DNA of 62,469 nt, the filler included, from Squatina squatina (taxonomy: Eukaryota): NCBI GenBank assembly GCA_031763465.1. It is 4 parts of 4 records of this genome, joined end to end, with 100 filler letters (N's around TTAATTAATTAA, not from the genome) between each part and the next. Parts side by side here need not be neighbours in the genome. Positions count along the whole stretch, not along the records: positions 13,885 to 34,359 come from JARFOE010000073.1; positions 34,460 to 47,759 come from JARFOE010000001.1; 2 more parts are not named here. One strand, 5' to 3'. Position 1 is the first letter of the stretch, and every line of letters begins with the position of its first letter. Both the position numbers and the translations under genes were made by a program. This document shows positions 23,970-36,691 of the stretch, in pieces. Under the pieces are notes generated by a model. That model was not told the DNA's origin. It saw only the letters and a list, made by a program, of their open reading frames with translations, and did not search any database.

Positions 23970-24120
23970 CTTTATGCAATGTGATTGGGCAGGAGAAATC
24001 TGATTGTAACTGCTCATCATCATCCCCCGTTGCCAGCTTCAGGGTCAATTCCAGTTCCACACATTCAAACACGTACAGAGAAGGGACAGGCTCACACTTC
24101 AGGTCCCAAGATTCATTAGC
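23970..24120 (-). CDS. NUP88: Nucleoporin 88 exon ([50 protein letters not shown])
   Basis: [19 protein letters not shown] motif; AG/GT; in phase with 25486-25672. Confidence 0.93.
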
Positions 24121-24379
24121 CTGGAGTTAACATGAAGAAAATAAACCTTCAACATTCTAACAAGTTATAATGAACTATGCAATTCAAGCCAGTTTAACTA
24201 CATACAGATGCAAATTTTACAATCAGTTCTTTTTAATGGAAGTACACTTTCTGGATTAGATCAGCCAGCGCACACGGTAAATATCTTCACAACTGGAAGC
24301 CGTTCAATGTACTTCATGAGTGGCCATTTAACCCGAGGGTCTGAGGATATTTCAGATACTGTGATATTCTCCATAATTA

Positions 24380-25221
24380 CATCGAATCTACAACACAGAA
24401 ACAGGCCATTCAGCCCAACTGGTCTATGCTGGAGTCTATGCTCCACACTGTGTTTATCTAGCTTCCCCTTAAATACATCTCAACCACTCCTGTGGTAGCA
24501 AGTTCCATATTCTAATCAATCTCTGGGTAGAGGTTTCTCCTGAATTCCTATTGGATTCATTAGTGACTACCTTATAGTTATGGCCTCTAATTTTGGTCTC
24601 CCCACAAGGAGAAAATGTTTCCACATGTCTATCCTATCTTAAAGGTCTTGATTAGGTCACCCCTCAGTCTTCTGTTTTCTAGAGAGCCCCAATCTGTTCA
24701 TTATTTCCTGATAAGTATAACCTCTCAGTTCTCGTATCAGCCGTGTCAATCTTTTTGCACGTTCAGTGCCTCTATGTCCTTTTTATAATATAGAGACTTG
24801 AACTGTGCACAGTCCTCCAAGAGTTGTCTATAGTCAAGGTACGATACAAGTTTAACAGGAGTTCCCTGCTTTTCAATTCTATCCCTCGAGATGTACACGG
24901 TTTGCTTTTTTAAAAAAAATGGCTTTATTAACCTGCGTCGATACTTTGTGATTTGTGTATCTGTACCCCCAGATCCCACTGCTCCTCTACCCATTTAGAC
25001 TCTTGCTTTCCAAGGAGTATGTGGCCTGTTTATTCTTAAACAGCTTGCATTTATATAGCACCTTTAACGTAGTAAAACTTCCCAAGCGCATCACAGGGAA
25101 TGTTACAAAACACTATTTGACACAAAGCCATGCAAGAAGAAATTAGGGCAAATGACCAAAAGTTTGGTCAAAGAGGTAGGTTTTAAGGATTGTCCTAAAG
25201 GAGGAAAGAGAGAGGGAGAGA
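24380..25221 (-). mobile_element. CR1 3' remnant abutting an L2 3' tail
   Basis: LEDCAQF..YKKDIEAL..VQ peptide remnants; L2 tail CTTGCATTTATATAGC at about 25044. Confidence 0.7.
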
Positions 25222-25485
25222 NNNNNNNNNNNNNNNNNNNNNNNNNNNNNNNNNNNNNNNNNNNNNNNNNNNNNNNNNNNNNNNNNNNNNNNNNNNNNNN
25301 NNNNNNNNNNNNNNNNNNNNNNNNNNNNNNNNNNNNNNNNNNNNNNNNNNNNNNNNNNNNNNNNNNNNNNNNNNNNNNNNNNNNNNNNNNNNNNNNNNNN
25401 NNNNNNNNNNNNNNNNNNNNNNNNNNNNNNNNNNNNNNNNNNNNNNNNNNNNACTGGATATGGTCAGATACATATTCCATCTTAC

Positions 25486-25672
25486 CATCTGATCCTCCTC
25501 TTCATCCCCATCAAGAACCACACAGTGGTATAACATGCCGGATTGTGTAGCAATAACCAGAATGTTGGGGGTACAGGGAAGGCACAGTATTGCACAAGCG
25601 TCATAGCCATAATTATCCTCAGCAGCCGGATGCATCGGCAGAGGACCCAGTAACTTCCCAATAAGACCAGTG
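25486..25672 (-). CDS. NUP88: Nucleoporin 88 exon ([62 protein letters not shown])
   Basis: [18 protein letters not shown] is a NUP88 hallmark; 187 bp, AG/GT. Confidence 0.95.
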
Positions 25673-26519
25673 CTAGGAGAGAAGATTGGAATAAAGCTCA
25701 TGTCACATATGTTGTACTAACAAGGATACCTTCATTTTCACCCGAGACACTGGAAAGTCAGAGCAGCTCTGCTACAAGTGTAAAAGACACCCAAGTTGTG
25801 AGTGTCACGAATGAGCGAGTTGTGAATTTCGTCCCCTCCAATGAATAAAAAAAAGTCATTGACTAATTATATCACCACAGATTTTGGGCCTACTGCAGAC
25901 ATTCTCTTGGTTACTCTTNNNNNNNNNNGTGATCCAGGGGGTGTAACAATAAACCCCCTTGCTATCTGGATCGACAGGAACCCGTAATCCTCCTCACATG
26001 AGCTCCAATTCTTTGAAAAGTAGACAGATTTACACGAGACACTAAGTCAGGTAAGTGCCATTAAGCCACTTTATTTTACACTAAGTAAGCAATGGCACAG
26101 TTATACAAAATCTCACTAAGTTAATGTTAGCTCCTCCTAGTAACCAAGAAAATAATAAACCATGCCACATTGTCCTGCCTCGAGGACGAGGCAACATTTG
26201 TTGTTGGTCAGCCCCATTGCCACATTAGACCAATATATCGGGCTCTGAGCCGGACTGATCCAAGCCTTTCTCTGTTGTNNNNNNNNNNNNNNNNNNNNNN
26301 NNNNNNNNNNNNNNNNNNNNNNNNNNNNNNNNNNNNNNNNNNNNNNNNNNNNNNNNNNNNNNNNNNNNNNNNNNNNNNGCTCAGTACTGGAGAATACCTT
26401 TGTACAAAATCTATTGTAAAATAATTTAAAGCCTGGGGACATTGACATTTCTCACAAACATTACCGAACCAATCTTTGTTAAAAGACTAGGAGACACTGA
26501 TAATTGTATACTTCAGTTA

Positions 26520-26666
26520 TTAGCACTTGATAAAACCATTCAAATTTTCAAGGAATTTGATGTACTCCTGGTGTTCTAAGGCGGTGCTCAGCTCAATCAA
26601 TTCATCAGCAAAAGTGTTATCGACCCCACGGTCAGTCAGAAAGTCCATCAGATGGTCATAGAGGGC
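26520..26666 (-). CDS. C1QBP: C1q-binding protein (p32), last exon (ALYDHLMDFLTDRGVDNTFADELIELSTALEHQEYIKFLENLNGFIKC*)
   Basis: CTGCAG acceptor and TAA at 26520-26522; matches the C1QBP C-terminus. Confidence 0.96.
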   Translation of the reverse strand, partial: ALYDHLMDFLTDRGVDNTFADELIELSTALEHQEYIKFLENLNGFIKC

Positions 26667-27646
26667 CTGCAGGAGGGCAAGAAGGGAGTTAGGGTCCGTG
26701 CGACTGATTCAGTGTAGTCAATCCAGCTGCATCAAACCACCCATTCCAAGTAGCAAAGTTGCTTTGTCAGTACTAAAAATCTTAACCAAAGCAATTCTAA
26801 TCAGGCCACTGAATACAGTGCAACTAAAGCATCAAGCTGGCTCAGGGGCATTGCTAGCTTACGGTTTGGGAAAAATCACTGACAAACCTACAACACCTGC
26901 TTCTCTCTACTCCTGTATAGGTAATTATCAGTCTGCAAGAACAAGGCACTACACAGAAAATGGTCAAAACCATTTAATATTAAGTCAATGCATGTTTCCT
27001 CTCCCCTCCACTGGCTCCAACTTGAAAACCTTGAGCGCGATTGATGTGCAGTGCCACAGGAATGTCAAGAGAAGACAGGACCAGGTTCAGCTGTGATGGC
27101 TCTTTTAGTTAAATAACGTGCCAACACTCACTGCAAAGACTGATAGACAAATAGCCAGTTAGGCAGCACCAGAGGGCAAGCAGCTCTTGTGGAACCATAG
27201 CCCAGTGAGCAGCCTCACTGAAGAGGGGTGAAGATAGGTGGTAAAACTAGCAAGGAAATACTTAAAATTCAAACTGGAGCAGAAAACACAATAATCAGGT
27301 ACAGGACAGAAAATTTCATGGTACAGGAAACACACTCCAGAATTCCAACCAAATTCAGAACTTGGTTTATTAATAAGCATTCTTCTCCCCACTCACCCAG
27401 TCTAGGGAGTCTGTGTTCAGGTTATAGCTGGTGTCTTTCCAGTCTTCCTCTGCAGTGGGCTGAAAACTGACTTCTCTGATGGCAAAGATGTCACTCTCAT
27501 CTTCATCACCATGCCCAATCTGTAGCCGATTCAGTCATTTTAGAAGNNNNNNNNNNNNNNNNNNNNNNNNNNNNNNNNNNNNNNNNNNNNNNNNNNNNNN
27601 NNNNNNNNNNNNNNNNNNNNNNNNNNNNNNNNNNNNNNNNNNNNNN

Positions 27647-28440
27647 TAGGAGAGGGCATGATGAGCTGAGATAGAGGTTGAAATCACTGAGGATGAGAAG
27701 CCTCTTGGTGCAGAGGCTGAGGGAGGAAAGCAGTGAAGACATCTCAGTGAGAAACGTGGTAATTGGGTGGGTGGTAGAGAAGGAGTAGGGGGGCAGGTCA
27801 AGATGTGATTTGATGATAAGAGTCACACTGCCACCACAGAGCTTTGGACGGGGCAAGTGGTGGAAGATCTAAGTGGGGAGATGTCATCACACGGCAGTCA
27901 GGTTTCCTTCGAGGCTCTGATGTCAATTCAATCATCTACAATAACCTTACGGATGGCAAGGGCCTTGTTCACACGAGAGCCGGCATTCTGGAGGGAGATG
28001 TGGAGAGGAACAGGGATAGCCGATCCCGTGACAGAGTCCACAGAGTCAGCAATGGAGGGGTGGGTGGATAGGTAGTAGATTTACAAGATTAGCCCCCAGC
28101 GAGCACGCTGAGCAGTAAGGTCGGTGAGAGAGTAGTTTGCAGCATTTGGGGTTACTGCTCGTAAGGAGGCAGCAATGAGTGCCTCGATGGGCCCTTCGGA
28201 GGATGCCAACAGAGGCACAGATGGCAGCTGTAGGCTTATCTAGGAGGAAGTCAAGCCTGGGACAGGGGCATGAGAGTAGGAAGGTTGAGGAGTGCTGAAG
28301 GGTTTGGGTACTGATTTGGAAGGGCAGTGTACCCGAGAGGGGAGGGGTGAAAGGAGGCATAAGGACAGGAGAGAGGGGCCTTGGAGGGGTAAAGAGAAAA
28401 GAAGAAATAAAAGGGGAGAACAAAGGGCAATTAGAAATGA
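27647..28440 (-). mobile_element. L2-like LINE endonuclease/5' region remnant
   Basis: LLILSDFNLYL (GDFN-like motif); degenerate; boundaries approximate. Confidence 0.55.
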
Positions 28441-28761
28441 TGGGCTCGTGTCTGCAGCAGCAACCAAAATACGCATGTGATCATACACATACACAAAACT
28501 ATATTATTTTTAACAAGAGAGACCAGGAAGAGTTTGCATTATCGGTAGCTTTTACAAATCCCAATTTGGAGCTTTGCCACCAGAAGCAGAAACTGAAAAT
28601 TCCCACTGGAGGCAATTTTATAAAATGTACTTTGATATACAAAAAAACATGTTGGTGGGAGGAATCATTTCACTGTTTCAGCAGAAGTGGACCTTAACAT
28701 TTCAAAGCATATTTGAGTTTCCTATTTTTTACAAAATAAATGAATGATAGATTAGTCCCAC

Positions 28762-28969
28762 CTTTCCTCTTTGGATGCATTGAACCTTTCCAGCTCCCAG
28801 GTCCTGTCAGGAGAATAGTCCCATTCCATCTCCACTGCGGCAATGTAGTAGGTTCGGATTGTCCCATACACCTGGTCCGGGATATGTTTATTGCAGTTTC
28901 TAACATGATACATTTGTTTCATTCCACCCATATAGTGATCAGCTGTTCGGCAGATGACCTTAAACGTAC
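28762..28969 (-). CDS. Multicopper ferroxidase exon, hephaestin-like-1/ceruloplasmin family ([23 protein letters not shown]...[21 protein letters not shown])
   Basis: Type-1 Cu ligands C-x4-H-x4-M and RTYYIAA.E.EWDY; 208 bp, AG/GT. HEPHL1, HEPH or CP not resolved. Confidence 0.85.
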
Positions 28970-29535
28970 CTGAATTAAACATTTTAATTCAAATTTTTAA
29001 AAAGTTTAACTTTAATGAACTTTGAAAACCACAGTCCTATTAAGCTTCAAAGCCAGAATTGGGACTTCAAACCTGTGATTCTGTTCCATTTCCCCATTCC
29101 CTCATCCTTGCACTCACTGGTTGAATTCTCAAAACATCCATTCTGCTCAACACAATTTTGACTCAAAAGCAGCCAAACCTTCAGTTATATGCTGTGCTTT
29201 GGTTCCAGGCCTAANNNNNNNNNNNNNNNNNNNNNNNNNNNNNNNNNNNNNNNNNNNNNNNNNNNNNNNNNNNNNNNNNNNNNNNNNNNNNNNNNNNNNN
29301 NNNNNNNNNNNNNNGTTAAATTATATAGAATAAAAGGAAAATTAAGGTTTAAAACCTTAAGGTTGTTGCATTATTAATCCAGAGTCTATTGCCATCTTCC
29401 TATTTGAATTTACATATTCATCTGCTCATTTTCTTTTTCTTGTGCTTTCAGTATTTGAACTCATGAGTAAAGGGTAAGTGCGGACTCATTATTAGCCCTG
29501 CCATTTTCTAACGCTTGGTGTTGTTGCTGATCTAA

Positions 29536-29670
<135 letters not shown>

Positions 29671-30734
29671 TAAATATCAAATTCCCATAGCAACCACCTT
29701 ATTGCATGGTGGCCACATTTGATATTAATCTCCCAAGCAGTACCTGCCGGGGTGGTTGCTGTTTTACCCCTACAATCATCTTCAGTGGATTGTTTTGTGC
29801 TTAAACCTTTGATGTCATTTTTTATCAGTTACAGTTAACACTCATCAAACAATTTGAAACTACGGTAACAAATTTGGGCCATTTCACACAGTATTTTAAG
29901 ATATTTTTTGAGAAAACTTTTTTCTGCCCTTGAATCATTTAGCATTTTGGAATTTTCACAGTTCAAAGGAAGTGTTTTGTACATTCTATTTAATACCCAN
30001 NNNNNNNNNNNNNNNNNNNNNNNNNNNNNNNNNNNNNNNNNNNNNNNNNNNNNNNNNNNNNNNNNNNNNNNNNNNNNNNNNNNNNNNNNNNNNNNNNNNG
30101 AGGGCGCGGAGCCCAGGGTGGAGCCTCCCTACGCCGGGAGAGCCAGGGTCCTTGGCCTCACAAGAGCCAATGCACAGTTAGAGGTCACGAGGTTGAGTGA
30201 GAAGTCTGCTGGACAGCTGAAGGGCTCAAGTGGGCCTCACAGTGGGTGTTGTCAGAGTCTGGAACCCTGAAGATCCCGGGGTGATGGTTTGTAATGTATT
30301 TCAATGCAGCCCCTTTATGAAAGGCGTTGTTGGACGCTCCACAATGGTTTTTCTTGGCAGGGAGAGCAGTGGGAAAGTCGTGCTGGACCCCCCCCAGCCT
30401 CTGATGCCAGGCAGGTGCCTGAGATGCTCCCCAGGTGGCACAGGTGCTAACTCTGGCAGAGAGAGTGTTGGAGGGCATCGGCAAGCAAGATGTCAGCTTC
30501 AGTGCTGGGAGGTCTGGAGGTACAATCTAACTTTGAGATGCGAGTCTCACTGAAGCTCCGAAGTTATTGAATGGCCCTGGGCTCATTCAGCGTGTGAAGC
30601 TTCACTGAGTTTCAGAGTAAGGCTATGAGCAATCCTGCCACTGGAAGCCAGTTGTAAAATAGCAATATCTGAGTCACCGTGCCAAATTCAACCTTGCTTC
30701 GAGCAGCATCTGAAGTGTCCTCTCTCTGTTGTAG

Positions 30735-30838
30735 ATCCTGGTGAAGGCCATGTTAAGGAAACGTTCCTTCGGAAACCCCTTCGAGTTTCAGAGCAGGAAG
30801 GAGGGGAGGTCCATGTCAGCACCGGGAAACCTTCTCAT
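30735..30838 (+). CDS. CAMKK1: CaMKK calmodulin-binding exon (ILVKAMLRKRSFGNPFEFQSRKEGRSMSAPGNLL)
   Basis: MLRKRSFGNPF and RSMSAPGNLL are CAMKK1-type; AG/GT. Confidence 0.9.
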
Positions 30839-31181
30839 GTGAGTGTTCCGGCCTTGAGCCTGTGTACTTGTGTAAATGCTGCATCCGAAATTAAGTGCGA
30901 CCCCTTTTGCTGCTATTGCCATCCTAGGCACTGGAGTTACAGGCGCCTGCTGAAGGAGATCTGGAGGAGGTCCTAAATCCAACAAATGGTTTGACCACAT
31001 TAGGCAATGACAGCAGCACTGAGCAAATGCTCCTGACTGTATCACGTTGATCTGTATGGTATTTACTATGGCTCCTGTGCTNNNNNNNNNNNNNNNNNNN
31101 NNNNNNNNNNNNNNNNNNNNNNNNNNNNNNNNNNNNNNNNNNNNNNNNNNNNNNNNNNNNNNNNNNNNNNNNNNNNNNNNN

Positions 31182-31295
31182 AATTAACTGAATTTAAATT
31201 CCACAGCTTCCATGATGGGATTATGAACTCACATCTCTGGATCAATAGTCCAAGCCTCTGGATTACTAGTCCCGTAATTTAATCACTACGCTACC
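31182..31295 (-). mobile_element. tRNA-derived SINE head (second family)
   Basis: Reverse reads GGTAGCGTAGTG..GGACTAGTAATCCAGAGG..GAGTTCATAATCCC, A/B-box-like. Confidence 0.5.
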
Positions 31296-31509
31296 GAGTC
31301 CCATCGCTAATATTCCCTATCCTCCCTATAGATCCTATATCTGGTATGTCAAGATCCCTGTCTTGCCTAGGCTGCAGCCAGGTCTCTGCAACTGCTCCAG
31401 TCCCTGCCCTTTTAGTTGCTCTGTTTCTAGTGTCCTTATTCTAGGTGTAATGTTCCAGTGGGCAGAATTGCTGTGTCACAGGTTACCTTCATTTCTGGAT
31501 GTATCTTAC

Positions 31510-31657
31510 CTGTGATGGGAAGGTGTAGTCGACAACATCCAAGACCTTGGGCCCGACGTTGGAGAGGTTGGTGAAGCCAATGCCTTTCATTTTGACTGAG
31601 ACAGAGCTTATGGTGGAATCCGTGGACTGATAACCTTTCTCATAGATGAAGACCCAC
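31510..31657 (-). CDS. P2RX1: P2X purinoceptor exon 2 (WVFIYEKGYQSTDSTISSVSVKMKGIGFTNLSNVGPKVLDVVDYTFPSQ)
   Basis: YEKGYQ, ISSVSVK and GP.V.DV.DY.FP.Q match P2RX1 best; 148 bp, AG/GT. Confidence 0.87.
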
Positions 31658-31689
31658 CTGCAGCAGAACAACGAGAGCTGAATGTTTAC

Positions 31690-32024
31690 TCCACCGATGC
31701 TCGGTGCCCTACAGTAAAGGACATGCGGGCAATGAGGGACAGGAAACGACTCACTGGCCCATCCAATGCGTCCCGCAAGACTGGTGCCTCACGATTTGTA
31801 GACACCCCACCCCACCCGAAAGCTGGGAGAGGCGAAACACCCAGGCCAATTAAGGGGAAAAACATCTCCCCGACCCCTTTAGGCAATTGAAACTAGTCCA
31901 GGAGACCACTCTGGTCCTGACTAATGTTACCAGATACCTACCTCTTGTACGAGATGATCGCCACTCCTGGCAGAAACCGGTCCAGCTCTCGCTTGAAGGA
32001 ATTGAACGAATTAGCATCGACCAT
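31690..32024 (-). mobile_element. CR1-like 3' end
   Basis: VDANSFNSFKRELDRFL terminal ORF2 peptide followed by a 3' UTR. Confidence 0.65.
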
Positions 32025-32125
32025 ANNNNNNNNNNNNNNNNNNNNNNNNNNNNNNNNNNNNNNNNNNNNNNNNNNNNNNNNNNNNNNNNNNNNNNNNNNN
32101 NNNNNNNNNNNNNNNNNNNNNNNNN

Positions 32126-33229
32126 GACACAGCACAAACAGACTGCACCAATACAGACAGACTCAGCACAGATAGACTGCACCAATACAGGCAGATACTC
32201 AGCACAGACTGACTGCACCAATACAGACAGACTCAGCACAGAGAGACTTCACCAATACAGGCAGATACTCAGCACAGACAGACTGCACCAATACAGTCAG
32301 ACAGACTCAGCACAGACAGAATTCACCAATACAGACAGTCAGACACAGCACAGACAGGCTGCACAAATACAGGAAGACAGATTCAGCACAGACAGACTGC
32401 AACAATACAGGCAGACTCATCACAGACAGACTGCACCAAAACAGACAGACTCAGCACAGACAGACTGCGTCAATACAGACAGACTTCACAAATACAGGCA
32501 GACAGACTCAGCACAGAAAGACTGCACTAATACAGACAGACTCAGCAAAGACAGGCTGCACCAATACAGACAGATGCTTTGCATAGATACACTGCACCAA
32601 TAGAGACAGACCAGCACAGACAGACTGCACCAATACAGACAGACTCAGCAGAGACAGACTGCACCAATACAGGCAGATATCAGCACTGACAGGCTGCACC
32701 AATACAGACAGGCTCAGCACAGACAGCCTGCACCAGCACAGGCATACGCAGCACAGACAGACTGCATCAACACAGGCAGATGAAGCACAAACAGACTGCA
32801 CCAATACAGACAGACTCAGCACAGACAAACTACACCAATACAGGCAGATATCAGCACTGACAGGCTGCACCAATACAGGCAGACTCAGCACAGACAGACT
32901 GCATCAACACAGGCAGATGAAGCACAAACAGACTGCACCAATAGAGACAGACCAGCACAGACAGACTGCACCAATACAGACAGACTCAGCACAGACAGAC
33001 TGCAACAGCACAGGCATACTCAACACAGACAGACTGCATCAACACAGGCAGATGAAGCACAAACAGACTGCACCAATACAGACAGACTCAGCACAGACAG
33101 ACTGCACCAATACAGTCAGACTCAGCACAGACAGATTGCACCAATACAGGCCGACACAGCACAAACAGACTGCACCAATACAGACAGACTCAGCACAGAT
33201 AGACTGCACCAATACAGGCAGATACTCAG
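32126..33229. repeat. Minisatellite, about 34-bp unit CAGCACAGACAGACTGCACCAATACAGACAGACT, about 30 copies
   Basis: Direct tandem repetition filling the whole contig, with variant units. Confidence 0.95.
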
Positions 33230-34359
33230 NNNNNNNNNNNNNNNNNNNNNNNNNNNNNNNNNNNNNNNNNNNNNNNNNNNNNNNNNNNNNNNNNNNNNNN
33301 NNNNNNNNNNNNNNNNNNNNNNNNNNNNNAACGTTAGGATTTTAACCCTTGGTGTACAAACCTGTTGACAAGTTAGGTGAGAGGGGAATAATTGCAGTTC
33401 AGTAATGTAAACGGGCCAGTCAGAGGCCAATGCTGAAAGAACAGTATCGTTGATCAAATATGAGGCTGAGAGAGACAGAGCTTGGAAAAAGAGGGGTGGG
33501 GGGGAAGGAGGGAATAATAGAATGGGAAAGAGAGAAAAATATCTGTAAAGATGAGGGGGAAGAGAAAATGATCTGAGGTGAAGATGGAGGGAGAGAAATA
33601 GATCTGGGGGAAGGTGTATATAGATGGACAGAAAGATCTGAGGGAGTGATGTGAAGGGATGGGCTGGAAAGATGAACAGATCTGGGGTGGAACACTTCAA
33701 GAAGCTGCGGTGTTCTGGCAACTGATGAAAGCAATAGTGCTGATAGAGGCGATCGTCCAAGGCAGAGATTGAAAGCAGTGCAGACAGAAAAATAAACCAC
33801 CAGCCCTCCGAGCACTGATGTGATGCAAGTTAAATAATCCTGTGCCTTTTATCTTCTGCAGTAACTTGCGCTTAGTGTCAGGCTGTTCAGCTAACTTGGT
33901 AGTAGAGCGAGCTCATCTTAACCCCAGTCTTTGATTGAACAGTCACAATGGGAAGTCAGCCATCAATAGACACAGCGAGATGATCTGATAAATTCTGCCT
34001 CCTGCTGGGCGACATGGTTACCAGTGATCTGCTCTTGGGAGACTGTCCCATCATTCAGTCATGGAGGCTGGAAAGCAATGGAATCTGGAACTTATGCAAA
34101 ATGCTACAGTAACAAAAATAATAAAAGGGCCATGTGATGCTTGTCCAACTTTCCATTTCCAAGCGTTTTGGTCATATTTGGCACTTGCTGTCTGGGCCTT
34201 TGATTTTCTTTTTAAAAAAACACATTTGCAATCTTTGGCAAAGACCCATCAGTGTGTTGGGAAGGTTTCTGTGCCAGGTTTTTCAAAAAGGGCTTTCTCT
34301 TTACTTCTGAAGCCAGGAACGATTAAAAAACATTAATTGGATCCTGTTTGTTTTAAAAT

Positions 34360-34459
34360 NNNNNNNNNNNNNNNNNNNNNNNNNNNNNNNNNNNNNNNNN
34401 NNNTTAATTAATTAANNNNNNNNNNNNNNNNNNNNNNNNNNNNNNNNNNNNNNNNNNNN
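34360..34459. other. Artificial scaffold linker
   Basis: TTAATTAATTAA at 34404-34415 between 44-N runs. Confidence 0.97.
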
Positions 34460-36691
34460 CAATCTCTTATCCTTTGTATGTATTGCCCCTCTTTTTCCAG
34501 TACTCAATGAATTTCCCCTCTCTGTATGCTCTGGTGAAATGGGCATTGAGCTATGGCAATGCAAAGTTACCAGGCCAGTTGACGAGGTGAAAAGGTTTAT
34601 TTTGGCCCTAGCAGTCAATTTTCCTTTTTTTCATCAGACAAACAGTATCACAGAGACTGCACATCCAACCAAATGCCAGCCTAATGTTTTAAACAAAAGT
34701 TTCCAAGTTATTTTTCCAAATAAAGTCCAGAAATTATAATGCTTAACTTTTGCTGACAAACCACAAAGTGAGGACATTTGAGAAGACTGAATTTAATTTC
34801 AAGAAGCAACCAGCATTTGTACACTGCAGAATAAAACATAAGCAAAATGGATGCCACGTTTTGAATTTGCACTGACAACCGATTGTTCAAATAGCACCTG
34901 GGAACTGGCTTTGTTGGAACTTTTCTTTGGAACTCTCTATAAATACGCATATTGCAAATAAAATTAGCAAATTAAGAGAAAATTATACCCATTATCAATA
35001 GTTGATCTGCACAGCAACAAAAAGTCTCAAGAAGAAAGCATTGTATTAAAAAAGATTTTTAAATCAAAACTTGTGATAGAGATTTTGGTCAGTCATGTTT
35101 ACAGGCAATGTGCTCAACACAATTTGAATCCACTTACAATTATATAAAATTGTTAATGTTTCACCTTTTCTAAACTTGCAGCCGCTCATGTTTTATATGC
35201 GAGTCGTCAGTAATGAACAATAACATGTCACAGCTAATTGCAGTCAATGATATCAGTTAATTTGAATCCAATTGAAGGCTCCCATGCTGCAAGCATCGAT
35301 GGCTTACTTTTGTCTCACTGTGTGCGTCCAGAGCAGCTGCCACGTTCTGCACAATAACATCTTAACTTCAGACAAAGCTAATGAGGTGAGCAGAACAAAC
35401 TGTTGCCAAGGAAACCGTGCCAGCACAGTACAGTGGGCATCATTCTCCTCATTGTCCATCTGAAAAGAACTTGTCACTTCCTGTCCTACTCCCTACACGA
35501 ACAAGATTAGCTGACCCTCCCAGGTCCTGACCTCAACCAACAGCCAGATGTCTAGCAGCTTCAGGGACCTTGGCAAAGATGTGGTCACACGGATGATAAG
35601 GTCAAAAGTCAATACTTTGCAGGAACCACTATTGGAAGAGATAGATGGAAACTTATTTCACTTTTTTTTAATGTATTATCATTCAGGAAGTAACAGTAAT
35701 AGGAATGTAAAAAGTTACTATTTTTATGAATAATCTATCCAAGGTATTTTGCAAAAGATTAAGCACTCAAAGATTTTCTCTCAAATTTGTATTTTTGCTG
35801 TATAAACTGAATTGTGTGAGAAACAGAATTACTTTCAGTAGGGCTGCTGCAGCACTGCATTCGTGCTTTATGGACCATCATTTGCAAATACATTTACAAC
35901 TATGAGCTGTCAAGCTTGTAGAGGAATGCTAACAATAGAAAAAGAGAGAGTGAAAGAGCCCAGATAACTCTCGTTATGTGTGTTCTGTTGAGCTGCCTCA
36001 TAGTGAAAACGCCTCAGTCATTATATCTGTGACTTGTGCTGGACGGAGATGAAAATGTGATGTTGAATACAGGAATGCATATAGAGAATAATGGATGGGC
36101 AGAGACATGTGATGAAGGTGTTTGTAATTGGCTCTGAGCTAATGTACCTAAAATGATATATCCACAGTGTAGTCTAAAACATAGTGTGAGCTCCATGCAA
36201 AATAAAATGGAAAGCCACTAATCTGAAATAAAAACAAAGCACACAGCAACGCAGGTTGATGTTTCTGGTGGAGACCCTTCAGCAGAAGCAAATATTATGG
36301 ACAGATGCTAGCGTTAATATAGACTGACTGACATTCTCACTGAGGACAATTCCCAATGATATTCTACCAAGTGTTCTGTCTTGTTCTGAATGGTACTGAT
36401 CTTCACCATACGTGGAGTCAGTCATGTCTAATTACTGATTACCCCAGGGATATTATGAAGTACTTGCTAATCACAAAGTGTCTGTATTTTAGTGAATGGA
36501 TCCAACCTATCTTCCTGTTGATGCAGCTTGAACTTCGTGGGAGATGCATAGTACCACAGGCAGACTACGCTGATGTAANNNNNNNNNNNNNNNNNNNNNN
36601 NNNNNNNNNNNNNNNNNNNNNNNNNNNNNNNNNNNNNNNNNNNNNNNNNNNNNNNNNNNNNNNNNNNNNNNNNNNNNNCAAGTAATCTTAC

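Noticed and set aside
32126-33229. CRISPR array or repetitive protein
   Set aside because: There are no unique spacers and no cas genes, and the context is vertebrate. The ORFs arise from a stop-poor satellite.
35300-35460. Minus-strand exon starting MDNEENDAH
   Set aside because: Acceptor-like site present, but no recognisable homology and no other support.
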